DNA from: Balanoglossus misakiensis
Lineage: Eukaryota; Animalia; Hemichordata
Assembly (NCBI GenBank): GCA_040954595.2
Contig: CM082582.2
Span: 7,132,063-7,196,062 of the forward strand
DNA length: 64,000 nt
Direction of reading: 5' to 3'
Below, in pieces: positions 36,828 through 49,000 of the stretch. Position 1 is the stretch's first letter; each line of letters begins with the position of its first letter. Both the position numbers and the translations under genes were made by a program. The notes below the pieces were generated by a model. It made no database searches, had not been told where the DNA came from, and saw only the letters and a program-made list of their open reading frames with translations.

Positions 36828-39296
36828 GTACGTTGCGAAATTTTTTACAGCCAGCGCATAAAAATATGACCCGAGCCGCAAGTCAGCATTGTGATAGGCC
36901 AGGAGTATCCACCCCTTTCGGTACACAGACTTTGACCTCTCGTATCATGCCATGCCCAAAATAATCCCCCTGTCAGCCAAACAGACTTTTTGCAGTTTTT
37001 AATCTGCGTCAGCTATAATTGTTTTGAATCATGCGGCAAGAAAACCCTTATGTGTTTCTGTTTTTGACGCAGCTGCACATTTCACAAACCCCAGAAAAAT
37101 CAGAAAAAGTCGTAAAAAATACGGTCAACGCAGAGAAAGGTCATCTAGATTTTGCGTGACCCGAGATGATTTATAGTGGCTGCAGCGTGTGTGTTTTTTT
37201 TTTTTGACAAGTATGTCACGCAGAGCCTGCGTGTTAAGCTGAGCGACTTGTTGGGCCAGAGTGTAAAGTCCAAAAAAAGGTCTTTGCATACAGTGTGATG
37301 TAATAATGGGTGAAATATTGCGGCTGGTACGTGTTAGGCTGTCAAAACCACAGTTGCAAAAGAGATCAAAAGGAATAAAATCATACTCGTGTGCTTACAA
37401 ACTTTCTTGCATAGGAATAATTGTAATTTAATCCCATATCTGACCAATGACACATTTTATTGTCTTTCGTCATCAACCTTACATTACCTTCCACAGTGTA
37501 CTCTCGCTCGGGTCAAGAATTTTTTTTTTCTGATGAAACAAAATCAGACAGCTATAGCTTTCACTGATGTGTATGGAAACCAAGCCAGGCGACCTCTGAA
37601 CCGTAGTTCTTTCAAGGGTCTTTCAAAGCTGTTGAATATTTTGTTCCTTGGCAACTCTCCAAATATTTTGTCGGTGGATGTATACAGGCCAAGCAGCCGT
37701 GACTTGGGGTGTCTGCCTGGCAGCAAAAGCCAGGCCCGAAAGTCAATTTATGTGGCCATATAAATTCATTATTATACCGCGCTGTGCATGCTTTTTATGG
37801 ACCTTCCTTCAGAGATCAAATATTTTCGTCACCATGCATTGATAGCCATAAGTATCTGCAACCAATCAGATTCCAAGGGTCAGTTTCTTATCGCTCCGCT
37901 ATCGAATTGTCCCATATTCTGACCCATGTTATTTTTTCACCCTGTAGCGTCACTTGATTGCAATTTAAACTGAAACCCACCCTTTTTGCTGATAACTTAA
38001 TTGCAAGGCACCTGTTTTTCAGTGGTCTGCTGATGAAAAAAATCTATCTATACAAGGCATATTCAACTTAAGAAACAAGGATTATGGGATCGTGCAGTCG
38101 GATAAATTACGACACTCATTGTTTCCACAGTACTAGTTACCCTGGCTCGGTTCGCAACATGACCTAGAAATACACATCTTAAGAAAAGTCCCCCCCCCCT
38201 CAACCATGCTGAGAAGAAACATGAGTTCTGCACTCTGTGATTCGGAGTATCACAGCGGCAAAATACTGGCCCACGGGAGACACAGATGTCATACATAAAT
38301 TAGGTTTCACTTTCACATGGTTGTACTGGCGGAGGTCAGCCTCTATGCAAATGCTCGCGACTTGCACGCACACCCAGAGCTGAGAGAGAGAGAGAATTGG
38401 GGTCAAGGTTATTTGAAAGACATCGATGAGGTCACCGCGCTTTAAGTTGCAGTGTGGGTCATTTTTCACGCTTTGCAGTCGTGGTGTTAACAATAATCCG
38501 ACGTTCGGTTGCGTGTGTATAACAACGGTTTTATCGGAATGTTGTGTCTTTTTTTAGTGTCTGTCGTTAATATTCATCAGGCAGACGTGCATGTGGTGGT
38601 ATTTTTATAGGTCTTTCTAAATGTGACTTTTTATTCTAGTGCGCACAATACACAGATTATATTGGTCTCCTCTTGACTTGGAGGTCAATAGAGAAAGACT
38701 GTGATCTTTATTCTGTGACCTTCACCGCACAAAATCAGATTTTGTGACCTTGATGGAGGGGCACTTCTTCATTTTAAGGTCCATTCACAATTGTGTTTCT
38801 CAACTTACTGTATGGTTCAGTGATCTGCTGTCCTTGCCTTTAACTCTTCATTACATGGACATAAACTTATAAATTGATCTAGCAGATCTTTTATAAGAAA
38901 ACCATGGTATGCAGAATTTTGAAGTATTTCCATGTAATAGACTGGGAACATGTAATTGATTGATTAATATAACCGACTTGGTAATTCATTAAAGCCCCAA
39001 TTAGCATATTTATTTTTAATAGATAAAATATGCCAATCTTTCGATTATCCTTAGCTGACGCACACCATTTTGAATTCGTGGCGATTCTAATACACACGTG
39101 TGCATACCATGATAGTTGTGTACTCTTGTAATGGGAGACTGAATAAACGGGTGCAGCACCAGTTTATTACTTAACTTGTTCACATTTAAGTGTACAGCCA
39201 CAATCAGGGATTGATAATACATTTGAGTTTACCCATCAGCAAGCTTCTTAAAGTGGACCGATCTAACTTTGAAAGTAAAGTCATGAAAGTTATACA

Positions 39297-39385
39297 AAAA
39301 AAGGCAGCTATAGGGGCTTTAATAAAAAATGGCAGCTATTAGGGCTTTAATAAAAAAAAACGCAGCTATTGGGGCTTTAATCAAT
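39297..39385. repeat. Three tandem ~28-bp units (A-run + gcagctatWRgggctttaat) abutting an exon acceptor
   Basis: Directly visible; an inverted copy (attaaagccccaattagc) lies at 38988-39005. Confidence 0.8.
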
Positions 39386-39408
39386 GGATCGATTCTTGTT
39401 TATGGCAG

Positions 39409-39591
39409 AGCATCCATGGAGTCGAAGGGAGGACGAGGAGGAATATTTACCGAGGCGCAGCTCGTCGCGCAAGAGTTCCTTTGGGAGGAAGCGTCGCAAG
39501 TATTCCTACGCTTCGACCCCGAGAGACGACGCGTTTACAGCCTTGGAAACAGAAAAGAAGAAGTTCAAGAAGGAAAATGACTTCAGGAGAA
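39409..39591 (+). CDS. IRF-B basic linker exon (NLS-like)
   Basis: ggcag acceptor; EHPWSRREDEEEYLPRRSSSRKSSFGRKRRKYSYASTPRDDAFTALETEKKKFKKENDFRR; A|gtgaga donor; phase 1 to 1. Confidence 0.8.
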
Positions 39592-40046
39592 GTGAGATTT
39601 GCCTTATATCAATTTTGACGTAGATGTAGTCAATCAGGGAAAAAAATATGGCCATTTCTGTTTGTACAAAGTGTTAAGTGTTGAAATTGTCTTGATAAAT
39701 TGTGGTTAATATGCTGGTAAAAAGCGATAAGGGGAAAAAATGCTCCTTATATTTAATTCCCAGTTTTCCTGGTTTTGCAACCATTGTCTGTGTTTAAATA
39801 CTCATGCTGTTATAAATATTCATGAGGTGCTCTGACATTGTAAGTGCCAGGGCTTGTAAGTCAGTGTAGTGCGTTTATTCAGAAGGGTAGTTAATCCTCA
39901 CAAATAAACTTATACTTATATACTTACTTATTTACTTACCTACTAAGATTTCCAATAGAATGTAATGAGTTTGAGGGAAATTCGGCATTTGGTAGATAGT
40001 GAACAAAAGTTTAATGTACTGATTGAATAATCTGATTTGGTTGCAG

Positions 40047-41213
40047 TTCACTTCAAAAAGAGAGAAAAATTCAGGAGTTTCAACATCGGCAGAAGCAGTC
40101 CGCCGAATCTTCCAGAGACATCCAACGGCGACGTTGAGATGAAGCCGTCGGTTTCTCAGAGCGAAACTCCCGTCAGTGACGCTGCGTCGCCCGAGAGGAA
40201 GGTGTTTCCCGATACGCTGCCCGTGACGGACGGCAACGGACTGCTGGTGACGGCGACGGTCGCGGCCAACGGGATTCCGGTCGCCATGACGGTGGTGCCG
40301 ACCTGCCACACCACGACGTCGACGAACTCGGTGGTGTCCAGCGGGGCCTCGTCGTCGTCGTCGAGGACGCCGGTCTGTCAGCCGTCGCCGAGCACCCCCG
40401 TTACCAGCGCGGTGAACGGCCACAGCCGATGCGACGTCGGCAAAGTCAGTTTCGCGGACGCCTTGCAAAATGGACTCGGCGGGCAAAAGCCGATCTGCTC
40501 GGTCGCGAACGATCCCCGGCCGGGCAGCGAGCGGCCGATCAAACTGACTCTCAATAATGGACCCGTTTCCGCGGCGACCGTAGAACTCAATAATTTCAGA
40601 CCGCTGAACGGCGTCTCGCGTAACGCACAACCACCGGCCGCAAACATCTTGCCGAACGTTCAGGTGAAATCCGAAGTCGGGAGCGCGCCGCCGCCGGCTC
40701 CAAACCCCACCCTGTTCCCGCTACCCACCACCCTGATCCCCAACGGCAACGGTCTCATCTTCACGTACCCGGGCATGCCCTCGGTGTCGCAGCCATCGCA
40801 CCTGATGCCCGCCGCGTCGCAGCACCTGCAGCTGACTGCGCCGCAGCAGATCTTCGCCAGCAACTTCAGCGTGGCCAACGGCTTGCCCTGCACCCTGCCG
40901 CAGCTGATCACCACCACCACCGCTCTTCCTCTGACCACCCCACCAATCCAGTTGGCACCGAGCGTCCCGCGAAAGGAGAAAATCGAGCCCGTCTCCTGCG
41001 TGCCGAAAATCGAATCCGTGGTCAGCCTGGGCATGATCGCCGCCAAGCTCCTGGAATCTCAGCGGATGGAGGCGATCGACGCCAAGATAGAGGCGGAGGA
41101 GAAAGAGAAAGAAGCAGCTGATAACTACAGTGAACTGCAGCCTATTCCGTTGAACTATGTGGTGAAGTCCCACCAGAAAATGGCCAGCAGAATGGCCGAC
41201 CCTCCACCCGACA
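40047..41213 (+). CDS. IRF-B large Ser/Thr/Pro-rich linker exon
   Basis: 1167-nt open GC3-rich exon; ttgcag acceptor, A|gtaagt donor; phase 1 to 1. Confidence 0.88.
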
Positions 41214-43031
41214 GTAAGTAACCGATAGTCCCTGTCAAGCAGACAATTTTATGTAACTTTTCCCTACAAACTCTTCTCAAAGCATCAACAATTGGGCCTA
41301 AATGTTTTCAAAGCAAAATGGCGTAAGCCAAATGTAATCATTAGTTAAAGTCAGACAACTCTCAAAATTGTTTAAAATGATGAAAGAATTGAGTGAGACT
41401 CAGGATGGTTTTGTACATATTAGATTTCCGCTTTGCGTTGGTGATCTGGAGAATTAAAATATAATTGCAGTGTCATTAAATTGACATAGACTACACCCCC
41501 CTAAAAAAAATAAAAAAATCTCCTGTTCAGTAACAGGCACATCAAATACAATAATGTCAGTGTGATGTATACAACATTAATGCAACAAAAAAAAGCCCTA
41601 GGCTAGGTCATGCTAGTGTAAGGAGGACAGGCCTTAATCAGTGGCCTCAACAAGAATCAGCCCTTTGTATTTTGTGTTTGCTTATGGCCAGTTGCAATTT
41701 CATTTTGTCAGGTGAATTCGAGAATTTGGAAGTGCTGGTAGCTGCTTAACTGAGTGCCTCTGTTTATAAGTTCTTTGGAATTTAGGCCAGAGTCGAGTGA
41801 ACTTATAAACTCTCAAATCTGTATCAAGAGTATCAGCTGCCGCTCAATATTTCAGGTTTTTAATCGCCACTAAATGAGGTTGCACTTTCAACAGTACCCT
41901 AATTCTGCGTCTGTATAGACCCACTGCCGATATATCAACAAGGTTTATGTACTAGTTTAGACACTGCAAGTTGGAGGTCAAAGTTCTTTTCAAATGCAGG
42001 TCAGATGTCTGATGTATTCAGTGCATGCTGGGCTGTGTGTTTGCATGGGCTTCTCTGTTCATGAGTTGAAATATGTCACACGCAGTTGGCATTTATATAT
42101 GCCCCGACCCGCCTTTCACATTTTTTGTAGTCAAGTGTGAATGCCAGTAAGTGCCGTGACCTTGAGTTCTTTGGGGACAGGGTCTAGCTATTGTTCGAAC
42201 AGCTTGCAGCCCTAATCTGTCAAGATTTACTGTACATTGCTGCAACTCCTGGTAGTATTAGATATTGTCAATGATTTACAGCGTTTTTGGCTGTTTATGA
42301 GAACTTGCATTTGTTGCCCAAAAACCCAAATATTTCAGATATGTCCGCGACAAAAAAAATGTGAACTTTCATTAGATGATAGCTAGGAGAAAACGAGGTG
42401 GTCAGATTATAAACAAACAAGGATTAACTAAGTCATAATCAGCAAAGAAGATTTTTTAGATGCATTATAGCATTTCTCTGAAGAATAAGATGAGAATAAA
42501 AATTGTAGTGTTGGGCCTGAAATACAACACTACAAGTCCGAACGACCTGAATTTTTTGTACTGAAGAGAAATATTGAAAGAGACAGACTACCCCCTGCAT
42601 GGTTTTGCTTTCGTAAGTAGCATGAAACCTCAGGGAACTTAAAACTCGATCCTATAAAGGCCTTAAGTATCAGAAAGTCAATGATAGCTTCTTTTCGCCC
42701 ACCTGATTTTAGTCCAAGTTATTAGCCAATCATCTTGCAGAAGCAGGACACGCCATTTCATGATGTCTTATTACATCCACCATCAGTTGGTATTGACCGA
42801 AAGGAAATGTTGCAACAACAAGAAATTCGATATTTAATGGAAGTTCATAATCATATTCTCTCGCAGGGGCGGACAAGAGATGATATATTTCAGGGGTGGG
42901 GGATATGTGTACAAAACTCAAATGTCATTTCAATAAAGTATAATTATGACATCCGGTGGTATCGAATCCTGGGTGGTATATATCCAACGTGTGTGCTCAC
43001 TTTTTTTTCGCATCCTGATCGAAACCAACAG

Positions 43032-43263
43032 ATCTGCTGGTGGAGGTCAACTACAAGAGCACCAGGGCCCTGAAGTGTCAGGTGACCAACCCCAGCGGTT
43101 GCCATCTCTACTACGTCAACCCCATGATCAAGGAGGAGGCCATCGAGATCGAGTACGGCCCCGTCGACGTGGAGCAGCTCTGCTTTCCGGACTTCAACGA
43201 GTTCTGCATGTCGGAGAAGCAGACGGAACTGACCACCACCCTGCTGCAGCACATGGAAAAGGG
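43032..43263 (+). CDS. IRF-B: first part of IAD
   Basis: NLLVEVNYKSTRALKCQVTNPSGCHLYY...YGPVDVEQLCFP...TTTLLQHMEKG; GG|gtgagt, same phase-2 intron as IRF-A. Confidence 0.93.
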
Positions 43264-44300
43264 GTGAGTTAATCATGTGACTATATAGTCTGCACGTGAG
43301 AAACCTCGACATTCATCCAAATTTGGCTTGTGGCCAATTTTTGTCTTATTTTTTTTTTTGTTATTTTACGAGTCGACCTTGCGAAAGAAAGCAAGAAATC
43401 AGTGACTCGTAAACGTAGCTGAATTCCCATTGTGTGCAAGGCAATACCTACAAGATAAATCTTGTGAGGTCCAACCTAGCCCTAGAAAAACAGTAGGGTT
43501 CAAACAAAATTCACTGGTGATACTAGGCTCTGGTGAAATGTCACTCTAGAAGGGGGGGTTGCTGTTTTTATTCCTAAGGATGCCCCGCAAATTGCTTGAT
43601 ATTTTAATATTTTTTGGTATATAGTCATTTTCTGATAGTAGTAATCAACTGTTATATCCATGTAGTGTACACTGTCAGTGCACTGCATGCCTTGAATTCA
43701 TTTTTTTCTGTTGATGTACTCATGTCAGCATCTTCAGTATTATTTGTTGTGACTGTTGGGTTTTATTGAGAGAAAAAAAAGACAAAGAAAATACGTATTT
43801 TTTGAGTACAAATTTGTTTACAAGTTTACCTAACTACAAAAATATACCGGTCGGTACAACTGGCTAATCAGAGCATTATTGTCTGTGAGGGCTTGTTGTG
43901 GTGAGTTCGACGAAATGTCCTTCCAGTTCTGTGAAATATGGATCGAGCTGGGGGAAGACCTTGCAGTCATGCGAGCTGTATCATAAGCCAGTCATGACGT
44001 GATCCCCTGCGAACTGTACCCTTTGTGTCAGTCACTGCAGGCCCAAGTCGCAAAACAGGTCTATTACCTGGGCTATTTTTTGTTGACTCTGTCATTAATG
44101 GGTAACCACAGGCAGCCTTTAACTGCGGTGTTTATCAGCGCCTGTCCGCATTCAAAACGACCTTGGAATGACCTCAACGCTCTTGCCATTTCATTGTCCC
44201 TTTTAGTGGGGCAGACTGATTCAGCCAGCTTGCGACCCGCAGAGGGCAGGCTTTGACCCCTGACCTTACGTCTTTCTTCGCTTTTTTTTCTATCCTTCAG

Positions 44301-44619
44301 CCTTCTCCTTAAATGCAAGGACGGCGACGTCTATCTGACGCGTTTCGGTCGAACGGTCGTGTTCTGGAGCTCGACGCAGAACGACAGCCCGGAACCGGAG
44401 AAGACGAAACGCGGAGAGGAGGTGAAGATCTTCGACTATCAGAAGTTCCAGAGCAACATGAGGAGTTACATCTACGGCCTGGGCCCCTGCCCGGAGCCCC
44501 CCAAAATATTCCTGGGCATCGGGCAACAGTGGTCCTCAAACTACCCGTTGAAAAATAACTTAGTCTCTATCATTGTCACTCCGCTCAGAGCCATGGAGGA
44601 GTATGTCACTGTGAGGTAA
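44301..44619 (+). CDS. IRF-B: rest of IAD, terminal exon
   Basis: Strong polypyrimidine acceptor; LLLKCKDGDVYLTRFGRTVVFW...KIFDYQKF...IFLGIGQQW...NNLVSIIVTPLRAMEEYVTVR*; AATAAA at 44638. Confidence 0.93.
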
Positions 44620-45997
44620 CATGCGACTCAAACTGTAAATAAAAAAAAGAAACTTTAATATGTACAGAGTACTCAGACTGATGATCTGTCAGGTTGTCAT
44701 GGTAATAGTAACCATGTATTTTTTGTTTTGTTACGCTTCACGAAAAAGTGACTTTCAAATGCAGCTGAAATCAGCAAAAACAGACATACATACATGTCCT
44801 TGCATAATTATTTGCAGTAACATTTAATTCGTTTGATAACTACCTTTTTTATATTTATGGCCATGAAAAGATATGTAAATCAATACACCCTTACTGGTTT
44901 TTAAAGATTTCCACGTCATTGGATTTTCCTGATGACAAAACGAAGAATTGATGTTTTTTTCCATTTTCATTATGTCAAATTTCTTCACAGAATGAAAAGT
45001 TGTTTGTATTGAAAATGGTGCAAATGGTCTCATCCTTGAAAGACATGACAAATTTGGTATTGCACGCACAAAGTTTGAAGTCTTTTTATTGAAGGGTAAT
45101 AACCGCACCTTTCAGCGAGAGCAGACGTCACCACAGAGAGTGGTTGTTTACGTAAACAACACGCAGGACATGGCTTTGTTTTTGTTTGTTTGGCTGGTTT
45201 CAGCTGGTTTTGTACTGAGCACTGCTGCTCTATCACACACCCAAGGCCAGTCATTGTTAACTACCCACTGCCTTGTAATGTACCTTTTTATTAGTGTGTT
45301 ATCTACTTTTGTTGTTGGGCAGTTTATGTGAAAGGAGAGATGTCTCCAAGTACAGGTGCGAAATCAGGACAATCGTGGGCGAAATTTTATTTTGAAAATT
45401 ATTTGTACCAGCATAAAACCTTCTGGTACTGTTATTTTCACTTCTTGACTATCAACACCTGATTTCGCATTTTGTTGTAAAAAAAAATTCTTCAGACCAC
45501 TTCCTTTCACTTTCAGTGCTGTCAGTATTGAAGAATTTCCAATGTGTCTCCTTCCTCCTTTGGTACTGCGTGAACTTTGACCTTAAGTGGGAGGGTGTAG
45601 CTTTGTGATCAAAGTGAAACTTTGTCACCAACACTTCTTGTATGCTCTGTCTAATTCCATCTAATCCCAACAACAGAGACATTTTTTTCCGATTATTTGG
45701 CCAGTCAAACAAGATTTTTAAAAGTGTTTTTTTTTCTCTTTTTCATATTTCTAATCAGAGTTGTAAATATTCTTTAAAGTATCTCAAAAGTTGCATGTTT
45801 TTGTTTTTAAAAAAATACACGACTTTTGGCCAGTTGCTTTCCCGGAAAGTGTACGTCTTTCCGGGAGGCAGAATTCCAGAGTTAAATGTTAGAAAAACTT
45901 CGAATGAAGTCAGAAAATGTACAAGTATGACAGATATTTATATAGCATATTTGAAGGGTTTTTTAATTTACTGATTGGTAGGTGTGGCGTGAAATTT

Positions 45998-46033
45998 CAT
46001 GGTGTGATGTCATACCCTCGACATCACACCATG
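45998..46033. repeat. Perfect 14-bp inverted repeat (hairpin, 8-nt loop)
   Basis: CATGGTGTGATGTC-ataccctc-GACATCACACCATG. Confidence 0.85.
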
Positions 46034-49000
46034 CCCGGGAGATATAAATAGATTTTGATCATTTAGGGGTGGTAAACCTGTGAATACGCGGACATCGACC
46101 GTATAGAATTCTGTCGAATGTACAGAATGGCAGAGAAAAAAGTAGAAAGGTCAGATGTGTTATCAGGGAAAATTAATCATGATCATTTTGAATTCTAGAG
46201 GTATTTTTTTAATCAATCGATCGATAACTGCTTGGTTGGTGTATACTATATCATTATCATTTTCACTATTAAAAAAAATGTTTTTATCGTCAGCGAAGTT
46301 AGTCGACACAAACAATCATGAAAATGAGATGACCAGACTTATCAGAAATCTTTGTAGTGTTGTGTCTTTCAAAGGCTTGGCTGGACTTTGAGACTGTTCA
46401 ACAGGGTTTACTGACGTGGCATTTCCGCTGCCGCAGTAAAACTTGCGTCATTAAATCGATGCGACGGCAAACAAACGTGACCAGCAATGTATTGCGACAC
46501 CAATGCTTGCAATTACTGCCTTCATTCAAATTGTATCAGATCACTCTGTCAATCATGGTAAATGACGCATTGTTACTTTTTATCAAATTATCAATTTACT
46601 TCGGTTGGGGGGAGGGGGGGCGGCAGTCTCCCTCAACAGTGGATGTTTTTATAAACACACAACTGTAACATACGCAGAACAGATACCCCCCCCCCCCCTT
46701 TAAGCATATCTGAAAAGCCTTTTTTATAATGACGCTTTTGCAGCTAATCTCAAACATCGATTTATCAAAAATATTATTTTTATCGAAAAAGTGATTTTAT
46801 TTAGCCAGGCTGCTGATATTTATATTTTTTTTCTTCATAATGAAAAAAATGAAGAAAACAAACAAGGGACGCCCATGCCAAGTATCGTTCGCTGCATTTG
46901 GAATCTGCCCACCCCTAATTTCTATTAAGGAATGGATTCACCCTATTGTTATAGTAGAGGATTGTACTCGGCACAGGGGTGGGTGGTGTCGCATGTGTAG
47001 TGGAATGCCATATAATTTTTCTAAGTGTATCTTATTGTAAATTCATACAAAATGGAAGATTTTTTATGTACTTACTGAAAATCTTTTTTTTCATGTATTC
47101 TTAATATAAACAATCTTTTACATGGTTTAGAAAAAAACTATTGTACAAATTCAAAGTCTATAGCTTCAAAATACTAAGAATTACGTTTTTATACAATATC
47201 TGGACGATTTTTATTAAAAGTCAGTTTTTAGTGTAGCCTACTTGACATGGCTGGGTTTCCATGGCAGCAGGTTGTTAAACTAACAAAATTGTGAATTGTA
47301 AGCCGACACTATATTTTGAATATCTGTACATGTGTAGAATTATGTACTCAATAGTCAGTGTCTCCAGAAAAACGCTTTTTCTGCAAAATTTTACAATTTG
47401 TGCAGAGTGTAATAAGAACTCGGTCTTATTCTTAAATTTGCACACTTTGTGCCAAAAATTCATTTCGAAAAAAACATATTTTAGTATTTAGTATCAGCAC
47501 GTAGCTTCCCAGAGTTCATTGAAAATTCCTGGAAAATGTCTGTTTTCTCTTCCTGGAAATAACACCTGTTGGATTACTGAGTACCGGGAAATCCTGTCTC
47601 TGTACGCGGAAAAGAAAACTAGGAACAATTTTGCTCTGTCACTGTTTCAGCCAATCAAAAAATATCGGTAAATGTTTTTATATACAGTGTAATTTAAATA
47701 AAATGATATTTTCCACAGATAAAGAGGTATCGCCTTTATTTCCTTTTTTCTGCAAAAAGTGTAGACAAGAGCCTGATATTTTAATTTAGGTTGGAAAAAA
47801 GATACATATTTTTTTAATCGTGGGTATTTTTTATAATTACCTGTAATGAAAAAGCAACATTACATTCAGTGATGATCTATTGGTGAAGTGTATAGACTTC
47901 ATGCTGTAAACTGCTTCAGTTTTGCCAAAATAATAATCAATAAATTTACTATTATAAAAAAATACATATGTGAGTCGCCATTATCATCGTGTACAAATCT
48001 GGTGGCCACAGTACATTATATATCTGTAGTTATTCAGAAAATTGTCAACCTCTGGAAAATAATGAGGAATTCAAAGGACTGCACGGTGAATTTTCACCCC
48101 CCCCCCCCAAAAAAAAAAGTCTATATCATGTACTTTGAATGATCAAGTGTTTCCGATAATTGTATGTTTTGTTGCGCCTAACTCTGACTTCTTTTCGCCG
48201 AATTATTCAAAAGACAGGTATTTTCGCTTTGAATATCGTTGCTTGTGGAATGTTCTCGTTTCGTTTTCGTCCGATGAGCGAACGACACGTAGTTTAAAAT
48301 AACTTCTTTGATGGGCGCATGATATGCTTGTGAGGGCGCATTCCCCGCCTGTAAGCCCTTGCTAATTGGCCGACTTCGCGATGACCGGGATGACTTTCTG
48401 TTTATGAACCAATGGTGAGCAGTCTTATTTTTGGGGCTGTCTATACGGAATTTCACACCATGCATGCTGTCGTTCATTGCTTGCAAAATGACCAAGCTAT
48501 ACTGAGAAAATTACATGTACTAAGAATCAATTTTTGGGCACTGATTGAATCATGTCGTGATTTCTGGGGAAAACGGCCTGTTGTTATAGTATACCGCGAT
48601 TAAAATAAGAAAAAGTTTTTTTTTTAGAGTTATTAATGCTTTGAGATAATTTGCAAAAAATAAATGCGACTTTTCCAACGTTTAAAGTCATGAAAGCCGG
48701 GCGTCCAATAATGTCGGGCCGCGAGGCATTTTTCCGCGAAGACAGGAGTCCGTGGTTCTGGGAATCAACGACGTAGTTCGGGCTGTACTGTCATTTTATT
48801 CAGTGATCCTCCGTGCATGTACTCGATAGTTTAGTTCTTCGCGTCAATCACATATTTTCCGCATTTTGCTCAGTTTAGCTGGAATCAGAGAGGTGTTTTA
48901 AAGGTAGGGGTTAGACTACATCGTACAAAAATGGCGGAACTGGTCCGATGTGAGCTAGTTGAATTTGGCTGTCGTCGGTTTGAGTTTGAATGCGATCCAA

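Larger units (their letters stand above)
33081..44619 (+). other. Gene model IRF-B: second IRF4/8-like factor, 6 coding exons, 751 aa (possibly extended 5' by a 2-codon exon at 31998-32003)
   Basis: join(33081..33254,36647..36827,39409..39591,40047..41213,43032..43263,44301..44619) = 2256 nt; GT-AG introns, phases 0,1,1,1,2, open throughout. Confidence 0.85.

Noticed and set aside
39932-41173. Long minus-strand ORFs (232, 150, 128 aa)
   Set aside because: Antisense shadows of the GC3-rich IRF-B exon; no recognisable domain.
42735-43031. ORF upstream of the IRF-B IAD exon as an extra exon
   Set aside because: AT-rich, not needed for frame continuity, no IRF similarity.
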